64,000 nucleotides of DNA from Chlorokybus atmophyticus (Eukaryota; Plantae; Mesostigma and Chlorokybus algae). Positions 1 through 11,770 of this stretch are shown piece by piece. Numbering within the stretch: position 1 is the first letter of the stretch; each line of letters opens with the position of its first letter. Under the pieces are notes generated by a model. That model was not told the DNA's origin. It saw only the letters and a program-made list of their open reading frames with translations, and did no database searches. A program made the translations under genes and the position numbers. The stretch covers positions 1 to 64,000 of the forward strand of contig RHPI01002630.1 in the NCBI GenBank assembly GCA_009103225.1, written 5' to 3'.

Positions 1-637
1 GATACACCCAATGCAAAGCATGCAACAACAATGTTGTTAACGTCTATTGCCAGATGGCTACATCAAGCAGCAACTCTGCATGTTTTGGGCTCCTGAGGTT
101 CCTCTGACCCTTTTCCTCTGAGGTCGTACCACCGTCTCAAACGTGCTCTTTGCAGTTGGTCGGAGGCGCGAGAGGAAAAAAGCTGCTGGCGGTGGCGGCG
201 GCGGCGGAGGACAATGTAGACGGTGAGAGCGCGGGCACGAGACTAGCACAACATGCACCCAACGCTGGCAGCCATCTTCGCCCTGCAGCTCGCTTTGCCG
301 CTACTGCTTCCAGCAAGCAGAGTCAGTAATTGCATGTGTGCCCGGTGCTTGTCTCGTCTGTGACTCTCGCTAGGCGGAGCAGTATCAGCCTGGCTTGAGC
401 AACAATCAACGCTTTCATATGATTCCATCATGTCAAGGGAACCCCCCTGCATGACAGCCATCTTGAGTGGGCCAATCACTCAACTGCACGAGTTCAACTT
501 CAACAACGAAGAACATGCATTAGACATGCCCAAGCGTTCGCGTTATGTTTCTTGCCGTTGTGATGCTTCCATGAAAGCCGCTGTGAGACACATCTGGCTA
601 TGGCTGAGTGCTACTCCCTGCAAGCAGCTTGACGGAG

Positions 638-3600
638 ATGAATCATTACGGCCAGAACGCCGCAATAACAGCTGCGCAGCTGTTGTTGGCGTTGCTTGTA
701 AACTCCAGCATTGCGGCGTAGCTGGCCTAAGCTGGCGTTCACCTTGAATGCTACCTGTTGTCACGTTTGCTGGCGTACACTTTTTCTTGGAGTTTGCAGC
801 TGTAGACGGCCTGACTTCCATGGCGGCGAACATGTGGACAGCTGCAAATACTAGTCAGGCCATCGGTGCTTGCATGACGACATGCAAGCACCGATGGCCT
901 GACTACCACATGGTTATTAAGTTCATAAGCATCATTTGGATTACGATTCATACCCTCGTGTGCGCAGGCTGCATCGGCACCAGGCTGCCCATGCTGCTAC
1001 ACCGTGTTAGCCAGCCAGGGGCCTTATAACGTCATTGAAGGTGGACCCAACAGCTTCAAGGTATCCTTAGATGAGTTTCTGTGTGCCAATGCTTTCGAGA
1101 GCGCCACAACACCTGGGGACGTCACCACCGTGACACCCTTTGCTGGCGGTCAGCAGGTGCGTGGCCACACATGGGCAACGATCATGTCTTGCTATGCATT
1201 GCAGATTGGCTTTCATGATTAAGTCTGCAAGGCTGGCGGGTTAAAGGGCCAGAACATGTTGACATGCATGCTTAGGTGGTGATCCCCTGTCCAAATGCCG
1301 GTGCTGAAGCTGTTGCATACACCAACACCACGTGCCAGCGGTTGGGGGCAGCTTTGGATGCGGGCTGCCAATACGCCTCCGTGGCAATCTCCCCAAAAGC
1401 AGGGTGCAGCATCGATTCTGCAACAGGAACCTGCAGCTGCGCCCCGGCAGGTTCTGCTCCTCCCGCAGCAGCGCCAGTCAGCTCAACACCACCGCCATCG
1501 CCACCCACATTGTCACCGCCACCCTGCCGTATCTGCGGTGCGGGCCAGTGGCAATTGCGTTGTGTTTGGAAATATACAGTCTCCTTGCGTGAGAGGAAGG
1601 GAGGGGGCACGCCAGGCAGGGGGGGGCAACATGCTGTCATCTGTAGCGCAACCATATGTTCAACGAGCCAGTCCTTATGAAAGCAGCATGCATAACAGCA
1701 ACAACCGCAGCGTGGACATGTGTTTACACTGCTACTTGTACCACATTGTGGTCGTCGTTACATTGAGTGCTTGCCGCAGCTGTACACGATGTGTGCGCAA
1801 TGTGTTGAGGGACTCTGACTAGCCATTACGCAGGTGGGAAACTTGCTGGCGTTATCATTGGCAGCGTTGTCGGAGGGTGCTTGGTCGTTTGGCTCTGTTA
1901 TTGGCTCTGGCTCCACGGAAAGAGCCTGCAAACGTGCTGCTACTCTGGAGGTACTCACATGGCAGAGCAACCTTGTTATGCTGCAATCACTAGGCTAAGC
2001 ATTTGTAATTGATCGATTCTAAACTGCGTTTGTGGTGCTGCTTGCAATCTCAAGTAAACGCTCCCTAGCGTAGTGTTCTTTGAATCATTGGATTAGAAGC
2101 GAACTGCATTAGAACCAGCCACCTGTTGTATCATTATTTCCGTGGTGCTGCACGCAGGTTATGGTACGCCATCGCGTACGGCAAACGGTGATCACAATGG
2201 GGCTAAGCGTACTAGTAGCACCACAACCAATGCACCTGCAGCCATTGCGAGTGTGGCAAAAAGCAAAAACCAGCCTGGTCTTGAATTGATCGCCATGCAT
2301 GCATCGTCGGGGCCAGCAGGTGAGCCGCACTGCGCCATTATGCTGCACGTGTTGCACGTGTACACACAACACCTGGGGCAAATTGTGAGGCTTTTCAAAG
2401 TGAAGGATGCCTGCGCTGTACAAGTCAATTGCAACAGGCTGTTGTCTACTGTTGACTGGAATCAGCTCAAACCAGCAGTCAGGCATCAATGCAGATGGGA
2501 CTAAGCCTTCTAGTAGCACCACAACCGATGCGGCTGTATCCATTGCAGGTGCGAGAGAAGCAAAGAACCAGCCTGATGGTCTTGAACTATTGGTCCCGCA
2601 TGTGTCACCGGCGAACCACACGTATCTCAATCCGGCCACTCCTAACAATGCTGCTATTGCGTGAGTTCAACTACAGCTTTCCTTGCAATGCATGCAGAGC
2701 AATCCTGTTGCGACATATGCTGCACCGTGCTTGTACCATGTTGCATGTGCTGTGGCAAGTAGGCGGCACGAACAAGAGGCAACAGGGGCGCTGTCTGCGA
2801 CGCCAGCAGCAAGATTGACAGTGTTTATCAGCTACTGCCAGTTCGACAAGCATCACGCAGAGCGCGTGCGGAGACTTGCCGAGCAACTGCAACGAGACAA
2901 CATATACGTCATTGTGGACTACAAGAATAAGTACCAGTCATGGCCGGCTTTTGTTGGGCAGATGCTGAACGATGGCACCAAGGTACTGCTTGTCACGTCA
3001 ATCTAGTAGTGAACACCTTGCGCATGGTCGCTGTCGTCAACAATCCCCAACCTCTGGCAGCTTATGCAGTAAGCAGGCACATCTGCATGACAGCAATGCA
3101 TTGTGATCGGTTTGCTGATTACTCGTAGTACTTCAGGTGATCGTTGCCTGTGATGAGCATTATGAACGGTACTCATTAAAAGAGCCAACCGCAGCTGATG
3201 AGGTGGGAGCGGGAACGCACGACGAGTATACGAACATACTGAACAGGGTTTATGAGGAGCAGAATCTCTCTGGGTGGTTGGTTCCAGTCATCTTCCGGCC
3301 TCCCGGAAACAGAAACCACGTACCTGCGCAGATTCGGAAGTTCAACTACTACACCCTTGTCAATGAGCAGGCAAGTTCACAGAGTGTAGTGCATTTGCTC
3401 CAAGCTGCACATATTATTACAAGGACTTGCAGCATGCGCCTACTCACATTAGCAATACTTGACTGCGCGTTTGTATCAACATGGGCCGCATGGTTTTGTC
3501 TTCATCAGAATACCTGGGTTGGTTATCAAACCCTCGTTGAGCGCTTGGGAAGTGTTCCGGCCTTCGCGCACCCCTTGTCTCATAGGTATGCGTTTCGGCC

Positions 3601-4339
3601 GGTTTTGCAATTGACGTGCAGTGACCTACCACATGACCTACCACATGACACATGTACGCTCAGTGCATTTTCTATTTGCAGTCCCCCAGACCCATCAAGA
3701 GCGGGCGTTGTTGGCATCACTGGAGCAGCATCACCGGAGCAGCGGACACTTGAGACAAAGCTTACAGACCAGTGGCTCAAGGAGATACAAGATCCCATGG
3801 ACACAATAGCAGACTTCACGGAAACCTCTGCAGACCATTACGCCAAATTCAGAGCGTATCGCGGTGGTGATGACAGCCCGCAAGCAGAGCGCTTGAAAAA
3901 GATCGAGCGCGCACGCAGGTTAGACGACATGCATATGCATTGCACTTGCATGTTGAGTGCAATTGCAAGCTTGCTGTAAGTACTGATATGTTGCTCGCAC
4001 CAACCTGACAGGGTTTTACAAGACTTCTGGCGGACAGCTTACAAATACTACATGGATGGCATGTTGCCTCCTGACTTTTTCAGCAAATCCAATGTGTGGT
4101 GTGAGCGAGGCAACCATTTTCGGCTGTTGGTTGAGCCGTTTCACATTGCCAACTATTATCGGCAAGAGCTGTGGAAGCAGTGGCCTGTTGGCAATCGACA
4201 TTACCTTGAGGCAGACAATCGGCCAGAGTACTACACGTTTTTGGAGCTGCTATACGAGGAACATTATAAGACTGCACCGCCGTCGTCCACAGAACATGCG
4301 TTGCAGGAAATGGATGCCATTGAAGCAAACTTATGTTGA
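638..4339 (+). CDS. Predicted single-pass membrane protein: signal peptide, Cys-rich ectodomain, Pro-rich stalk, TM, SEFIR (TIR-like) domain, EDS1-type EP domain (~674 aa, 11 exons)
   Basis: Manual splice model: 638-717, 1015-1156, 1276-1537, 1834-1950, 2158-2319, 2495-2660, 2763-2982, 3137-3370, 3509-3585, 3682-3918, 4012-4339. Total 2025 nt, all junction phases consistent, no internal stop. Exon 1 (MNHYGQNAAITAAQLLLALLVNSSIAA) has a weak donor, and the exon 3 donor is uncertain. Exons 4-11 are well supported by motifs. Confidence 0.78.
1834..1950 (+). other. Transmembrane-helix exon of the receptor-like gene
   Basis: Translates GGKLAGVIIGSVVGGCLVVWLCYWLWLHGKSLQ, a typical type-I membrane anchor. 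Flanked by cag (1831-1833) and gt (1951), phase 1 on both sides. Too short for the ORF track. Confidence 0.8.
2821..3570 (+). other. SEFIR/TIR-like domain (exons 7-9)
   Basis: VFISYCQFDKHHAERVRRLAEQLQRDNIYVIVD matches the SEFIR N-terminal consensus (VFISYS...H...V..LA..L...GIDVILD). It is followed by K|VIVACDE, GAGTHDEY..I, LVPVIF and the C-terminal GYQTLVERL..VP. Confidence 0.85.
3371..3508 (+). other. GC-AG intron
   Basis: Donor cag|GCAAGT and acceptor ttcatcag. Removing 138 nt joins SEFIR NEQ to NTWVGYQTLVERL. The GC donor is conserved (cag|GCAAGC) in the paralog at ~24940. Confidence 0.7.
3820..4270 (+). other. EDS1-family EP domain (exons 10-11)
   Basis: After removing intron 3919-4011: HYAKFR...ERARRVLQDFWRTAYKYYMDGMLPPDFFSKSNVWCERGNHFRLLVEPFHIANYYR...HYLEADNRPEYYTFLELLYEEH. 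This is colinear with the EDS1/PAD4/SAG101 EP motifs YYDSFK, R.ELAGFW, LP.DF, W...YRRLVEPLDIANYYR and Y...GRP.RY. Confidence 0.9.
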
Positions 4340-7300
4340 TGTGCATGTTGAAGGCCTCTTAGATGTTTGCTTTGTTGTCGAGCACAGTTCTTATGGCCAT
4401 CACCAATGTAGATATATCGCCAAAGCTACCTTCCTCTCGTGTGATGTCAGCACCAGATGGCAAGTTGGCCGCAACACGCACGGTGCGCTATACCTTCTGC
4501 TGCTGTTTTAAGCTTTGAGCCTGGGTTGCGCAGTGTTTGCTGCTGCTACACGATAAGCTTGCTTGGGCAAAGCTGTTCCCAACCAGTCACTTGATTGTGA
4601 TGTACCACGTCAATGACGTGGTTTTGCAATGGAGCAAGCTGCAGCCAGTGTGGCAAGTGCTGATGACTGCAGCTAATTCAACAATCAGGTAGGTTTGGTA
4701 CTGGCTCAGTACCAAACCTACCTGTGTTACTGAGCCATCATCATACCTGCAGATGAGGCACCAGGACTCATGGATCCTCGTGACGCTGAGGTCTGCAGCT
4801 GCAGGTACGAGTGGCTCAACAAAACTGAAACTAGCAGTAACTGGAAGTAGCATTGACGCGCCAAGAAGTGACTAGCCCTCGTGATATAACTTTCGCACGA
4901 AGCTGTCATGTCACTGCTTGCATTCATGATCAAGACACGCTGCTGACAACATGGTAGCAGCCAGCTCGTTGCTGTCATGTTCTCCATTGCAATCATGACA
5001 ACCCTGCATTCCGCGGCCAGCATACAAATTTTGCGTGTCTTCCATGCTGCGTACGGGCATCTGCAACACGTCCTATTGCAGGTGACTGGTAGGTGCTGGC
5101 TGGCATGCACCTGCCTCGCGTCTGCCACTACTTGCTCAACATTGGTTTTTACAAACGCTTTTGCACCGTTGATGTGGGCTGGATGCAGAAATTGACAACG
5201 CAGTTGTATGCAGCATGAGTGGTCGCAAAGTGATAGTACAAAGCGCCGTAGAATGTGATTCGGTTTGTAAGTGCGTGCGCGTGCGCGCGCGCAGACACGT
5301 GTGCGCGTCAATGTACATGCATGTAGACCACACAACAACAACAGCAGCAGCAGCAGCGGACACTACATGTCGCCGTCCACCATTGCATCATCATCTGTTG
5401 CAGCAATTGTGTGACGAAGGGCATGTACCATTGGCTTGATAATAGTTATGGATGTGACAGATCAGTAGCACTCATAACAGGTATACCAATTACGGACAAG
5501 TACAAGTTGTCCGATCAGAGTGCAGTGTCGCTTTCTAACCGTCAACAACATATCCTCGCTGCTTCAACATGAAGCATGCACGTTGTCATTGTTGACTGGT
5601 TGGAGTGGACATGTTGGTGACACATCCACAAACCATCACTCTCCTCTGCGACTTACCACCTACAATGGTCAGTAACTTACTGAAGTTAATGCACATTATG
5701 CTAGTGTTTGGGGATGATGCAATGGTTGCTACATTTGTGGGCTTATTAACCTACTTTGCTAGTTTGCGACAACCCTTCCAATTGCACTTGCACACATGAG
5801 TCATGTGTCCACGAATGTGTCAGAACGATCGTCTGCGAGTCATCGACAAAGGTCATCAACACCAATAACAACAACAACGTTGCGTACATGTCACAATGCT
5901 GTGCTGGCTGGAGTAGAATCACAATAGCGACAGCGACGATGACTGAATCACTAATCTAGCCAGCCGTCAACCCACATTATCACTCTTGTCACCAACATTG
6001 CGACCATGTACCTGGGCTGACACGATCCGTGGCCCACCCGCACGAGCACGCTCGCTTGCGTCTACCTCATCACGCATGAACCTGCGTGAGGCGTGCAGCT
6101 CCAACCCCCTTTGTCGTGCACACGTGATGTGCAGCTATTAATGAACGCTGGTAATGAATGCTGTTACCAAAGTACACATAGTATGTCATGTAGATAACAC
6201 GCACTCGCATATGCACAATTTGTTCTGATGCGGTGGGTAGAAGAGACTCCCAAACCATACAAGTGGCACAATGTTAGGCGGTAGCGCATACAAGTGCAAG
6301 GTGTTCAGGTTAATATCAGTAACCGTCGCATTCACCGCAAACAAGGGGCGCCTAGACAAAGCATGGGGTTGCATCTGGTTTATTATTATTGAGAGTCGGC
6401 TTGGAGTTACTGTCTGCTTGACATTCGGCTGCTTGACATTGGGCTGCCAGTGTGCATGCAGGCAGGTGCGCTTGTGTGTAAGAGCGCGCACGAGTGTGCG
6501 TGTGGATTTTAGCATGAGAGACAGCACGAGAGCAGGATGCAGCGGTGCGCATGCACGAGAACGAAGTAAGATTGGGGAGGGGGGAAGGAAACAGGAAACG
6601 GGGAGAGAAGAAATGATGGTAGGGGCGGGGGAGAGAGGCAGAAAGAGAGTTCGGACGACAGCAGGTTGACTTCTACTAAGGAAAACAGCAACCTTACTTA
6701 CAAAGGAAACAGCAACAATGGTTGCTATACACCCAGCCTTTCACCACTGCCTCCGCCTCCTCCTCATGCGCTGCCGCCGCCGCCACCAAAACCCTGCCTC
6801 GCTACCGGCCGGTGATGCAAGATTGAAGCGATTGAGACTCATCACCAGCTTGTCCTTGTGGGCGTGGGCGGCGGCAGCATCGTCGTCTTCATCGCCGTGC
6901 AGGCGTCATCATCGCCTGTTGGGTGGCTGCCTCCAGCTCGGACATACCAACACACAGGTTGGTCTCCCACTCCGTCGCCTCTCCTGGGCGAATCATCATG
7001 CTCTCGATCCTACACTTGCAAGCATCAAGCAAGCATACAGCTGCCTGTTTGGGTGTGGTTGAGCATGTGCGCATGTGAAGTGAGCGTGTCGAGAATGCGT
7101 AACCGCGTGCAAGTTTTTGTGTGAGTACGAGCGAATGTGATTATGCGCAAGTGTAAGTGCAATAAGAGCAAGATTACACGTCTGCGACTATGCGGTTGAA
7201 GAACATGTGAACATGTATGTGCGAGACTGCATGTGTGGATGAGTGGTAGTGCTTCAGTTTGGTTCAGTGGCTGTGCGTGTGTAGATTGTAGGGTTCAGCC

Positions 7301-8907
7301 TTTGTCGACACATGCAGAGTGTGTGAGTGTCGTGCTGTTTACCTTTGTCCGCTGCCCAACAACCATATCCGCATGCAGTTGACAGCACCCTTGCAAGTAC
7401 CATGCTTAGTGTTGTATTTGCTTTGTGAGTGTAGCCTGTCTCAGCAATGTACCCAATTTGCTTGCTCATGCATGGACGCAGTATGCCCAGTAAGCCATCC
7501 AACCATTGTTTTCTTTACAAGGGCAGCGCGGAGAGAGCCGCAGTGATATATGCCGCAGTGATACAAAACTTGCAGCACTCAGCATTGACTGAAACAGCGT
7601 TCTCGGCGCTGTCTCATGCGCTCGGAGCGTAGTTGTTTTTGTATCTCTTCGCTGATCACACTGCCTGCACCAACAAAGCCTACACCAAGAGGACTGGCTA
7701 GTATGTAAGTCTGAAGGGCCAATGCAGCATGCACTGAGTGCTATGCACGCGTTCGTCACGCACATGAGCTTGCACGCCACAGCATACCATTCCCATAATC
7801 AACCATTTTCACACATGCTTTACCACCGGGTTCTACCTCCACTACTCTACACTACACCTGCTCCCACCTCACCCTGTTGGCCATGCACGCATGTATGCAT
7901 GGTCGTTACCATGCCATACCACGGTTGTCGCCTCAGTGTCGACCCACATGCGCTGAAACCACAAGCAGACGACCAGCAGACTCCCCCTCGCCGCCGCTCC
8001 CGCTCCCGCACCCTCCACCACCAACAGCCGTTGCCGTCTCCAGTGCTGAAGCTCTGAAGTTTCGTTAGCTGTCATGCAGCATGCACGGTTACCATGACCA
8101 ACAGGATGCATGCGCTGCACTCCCTTCATGATGGCGGCCATGTGTGCTTCACCATGATGACACGGGCAGACGCTCTGCTCTCCATGTACTTGCTATGCGC
8201 TGTAGTGCGTTGTCTTCGTCACTGCCATGCATGGCTCATAGGGCGGGCTTCCACACACAACCGATGCATCTACGCACCAACGCATGCAAGGTGCCCCCGG
8301 TCTGGCACCTACTGATATGCTACATAATGCAACAGCATGCAAACCATGCACGCGCTACTCGCTGCCACAGTACGCATAGCCTCGCCTGGCAGCGACTATC
8401 ACTACAAAATCAGGGCGGTATTCAGACGTTGCGAAATCAGCTGTAAGTAGCTTACAATCAGTCACAAAGGTCTCCTACCACTACGTCTTAAAATGTCAGT
8501 CCTAATGTCAGACGTTTGCACCTGACAGTCATGCTTTACACTAGCTCCTCACCGTTGATACCAGTGCTGAAAGTCAGCGTTTTGTGACTGACTGTCATGC
8601 ACTTCGTAATGCTGGAATTCAGTCATTGTGACTTGAATTTGTGTTATGCATTGCACACATGCAACGGCTTGCATTCGCACTTGAAGTGCTGGCATTCAGC
8701 AGCCCAACATGTACAAGCAATGCACTTGTATTTATACTTGCATTGCTGCTAATCAGCACCCAATGTTTGAACGCAGCAACTGCACCACCAAGTGCTATTC
8801 ACGAACGCTACGACTCAAGTGCTGGTGATCAGATTTTGAGCGCTAACTACAAGGATGTATCAGGTAGCTATCAAGCCGCTACACGTAACCGGCTAGTCAA
8901 GAACTGT

Positions 8908-10613
8908 TAGACGTTCATGCGCGTCACCGGCCTGCGCGCACGGGGCCCCGCCTTCTGCACCACCTTGGCCTTGCTGCAAAAGCCATTTTCGCACTCCGCG
9001 CAGCCCTGACCATCACACGCTTTGTGGCGCACCATGTCAACCGGTGCTGCGGTGCACAAACTGTTGGTGAACATCTTGGCGCATAATTAACACACATACA
9101 GCTTCAAGCAATTTTGTCTTAACTTACCAATGCATGCTTCCGGCCATGCGATGCGGGATCCTATCTCCACATCCTTGATCTTTGTCCACGAGTTGGTCTT
9201 GATGGGCAGATTGGCATTGCCCTGCAGCGCCTCATCAAACCACACTGCAATCTCACCTAGTGGACAAACAATTCTCAACATCAACTTAGTGATAAGCCAA
9301 TACCCACCCACCCACGCATGCACGCACGTGTGTGCGCGTACACGCACGAACAGCCTGTTCTGAGACGCTACCTGTCTGCAGCACGTGGTTGTGGACATTA
9401 CCACTCCCCTCAGTGCAGCACCGCGCCTTACCCACTGGCTTTGCACCTCGGCTCAACCACAGGTGCACTTGTGAAAATGACTGATCGTTCTCCTTGTCAC
9501 CAGTCCGCTGAGCTTGTCCGATCACCTGTGATTACCAACACCGTGTGAATGTACAGAGTGCGTGCTGAGTTGTGACGTTCTCTAACTTACATCAAGAAGC
9601 TGGTCGTCCAAGGAGATGTCCGTTGCTTGGCTACATGCAACGGGTTGAGACCCTGGGCAGCTGCTTGCCGCGGCACTCTTGTTCAACTGTTCCTGCAATG
9701 GGACCCTTGCTGGTTTTTGAGTCGGTTNNNNNNNNNNCTCTCCAAGCCTCGTCTTTGTGCTCATCAAGCTGCCCAGCTTCATGGTGCTCACTAGATGTTA
9801 CCGTCGGTGCTGCATATGGCAAACCATTGGTGAGCGAAGCATGCTGTAGCTGCGGATAAGCATGTACATCAACTTGACAATGTTGTTGCTGCTTGCTACT
9901 TCAAGTAGCAAGCAGCAACAACATGTCACTCTTGTGACCGTCGGTGTTGCGAATTTCAAAGCATTGGTGAGCAAAGCATGCTGTAGCTGCGGATTGGCAT
10001 GTACAGGAACGCATCAACTTGACAATGTTGTTGATGCTTACTACTTGAAGTAGCAAGCAACATTGTCACTCTTATGACTGATAGTGTAGGCAGCAAACAG
10101 TGCAAGAAGCATACAATCGGTACCAATGGACAAAGCTAGCAAGCAACTCCACCAAGTTAGCTACATGTACAAGGTTAGCTATGCACACTGGTGGCACCAA
10201 CAGACCCAAGCTAGCTAGCACTTAACCAACAACATTAGTGTCGGGCAGTTACTGCTTAGTAAGCAGTCACTTGATGGTTAACACTGTGTTCAGCGGTTAG
10301 TGCTCAAGATCAGCAGGCTGCTTGGATAATGCACTGCAATCTTGCCTGACATTGCTGAGCATGAAGCCTAGGCCTGTTCACCTGTTTCGTGACGAGTGAC
10401 TGGAGCAACACGGTGCGAGGAGCTTGCAGGCTGCTGCTCGGCACGTTGTCGCTCAGCTAGCTGTGCGTTTAGCTGAAGCACTTGCGCAGCTTGCTTTCTC
10501 CTTCTCTCATCTTCTGCTGCAATCACTCGTCTGGCCTCCTCTACTTTTTCAGGGCTGATTGCCTGAAACTCTGACAGACTGTTCAGCACAAATCTGGCTA
10601 GCACTAACTGCAT
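8908..10613 (-). CDS. CACTA accessory (TnpA-like) gene, partial multi-exon model
   Basis: Exon IAVWFDEALQGNANLPIKTNSWTKIKDVEIGSRIAWP (~9270-9129) resembles Tnp1/En-Spm accessory domains (V.VDE...LP...I.DA.GS.IAWP). Coiled-coil exon EKVEEARRVIAAEDERRRKQ (10368-10613). Candidate last exon with CDGQGCAECENGFC. Exon structure incomplete, and a 10-N gap lies inside. Confidence 0.55.
9800..10080. repeat. Two diverged tandem copies of a ~135-140 bp unit inside the CACTA element
   Basis: accgtcggtg...cattggtgagc.aagcatgctgtagctgcggat...catcaacttgacaatgttgttg..gct...tac ttc/gaagtagcaagca...tgtcactctt occurs twice in succession. Confidence 0.8.
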
Positions 10614-11770
10614 TCTAACTAGCTCTTGTACAAGTATGCCCCCTTGCCAGTGTCACCTTTGGTTTCTACTGCTGCTTGCAGTCGCTCTAGCTGCTTGCTA
10701 CTACTGCCGCCTTGCTACTAGTGCCGCCTGCTGTTAGCAACTTCTGTAGAGCTTGCTACTCGTAGAGCAACTGCCGCCTGCTAGCTAGTGCCGCCTGCTC
10801 TTGCCTGCTAGCTGAAACTGTTGCTCTCTATGCTGTTCTGTATGCTGCCTTGGGCGCTGGGCTCTTCCCATGCATGTGTAGCCGGCCATGCACTGCAGTC
10901 AGTTTTTCGCTAACAGTAATACCTAAGTATATAGCCCCTTTTATAGCCCCTTTTATGGCCCTAGGGTTTGCTACGACAACAGCGGCGGCATGCACGCGGT
11001 ACGCAGGGTTGTCGCCGGCGGCGGCGCTGGAAGCGGCGGCGAGGCATAGAGGGGAAGGAGGAGAGTGGTTGGATAGGCGTAGACAGTGGGATTGCGCGGG
11101 TCTCGGAGAGGAAGGGAGAGAACAGCCAGCGGGGGGAGCAGCGAGGCATAGAGAACAGTCCCATCACAAGTCCTGCATGGCATGCGATGTAGTATTGATA
11201 AACATGCTGGGTCTGCTGGCGGCAGCGGGAGTGGCGGTGGGAGGCATAGAGAATTATGCGGAGAGAGCGGACAGGCGGAAGACACTGGTAGGTAGCGTGT
11301 TGACTGCTCCGGTGTTGTCATTTTGAGCATGTTTTTGCTATGCTACTGCTATGCTAGTAGACTAGTACATGTCTATCACTGCTGACTGTGTCATATTACT
11401 ATGCTGCACAGCACAATCAGTGACATCATGCAAATGTGTATGCACCCGCACGCATGCTGCTGAGTGCGCGCACGCACAAGCGCACACACATGCTCATGCG
11501 TGCACAAGCGCACGCACACAGGTGCTGACGAACAGTTTTGCTATCGCTTATGCGTGCACACAAGCGCACACGCACACACATGTGCCTCTTCTCCGTTCAC
11601 ACACAGGTGCTAGCGAACAGCTTGTGGTACTGCGGGAGCACTCTCAGCAGGTGCAGTAAAGGTAGAGCGCGTGGTCATTGGTGATTGCGTGCGGCCTGTT
11701 AACAGGAGGGGAAACGAATTGTTATTTGCGATTGCTGTAAGATATAAGTACAACTTACACATGCTAATGC

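Noticed and set aside
3137-3979. 280-aa ORF as a complete protein
   Set aside because: It reads through two in-frame introns and into a third. The hydrophobic stretch RLLTLAILDCAFVSTWAAWFCL is intronic, not a TM helix.
638-4339. Calling the gene EDS1, PAD4 or SAG101
   Set aside because: No lipase-like domain (no GxSxG region) in any of the three loci. Only the EP domain is shared, so no gene symbol is given.
8479-8500. CACTAC at 8479 as the left CACTA terminus
   Set aside because: Poor match to the right TIR and flank TAC versus TAT. The site at 8400 gives a long TIR match and a perfect TSD.
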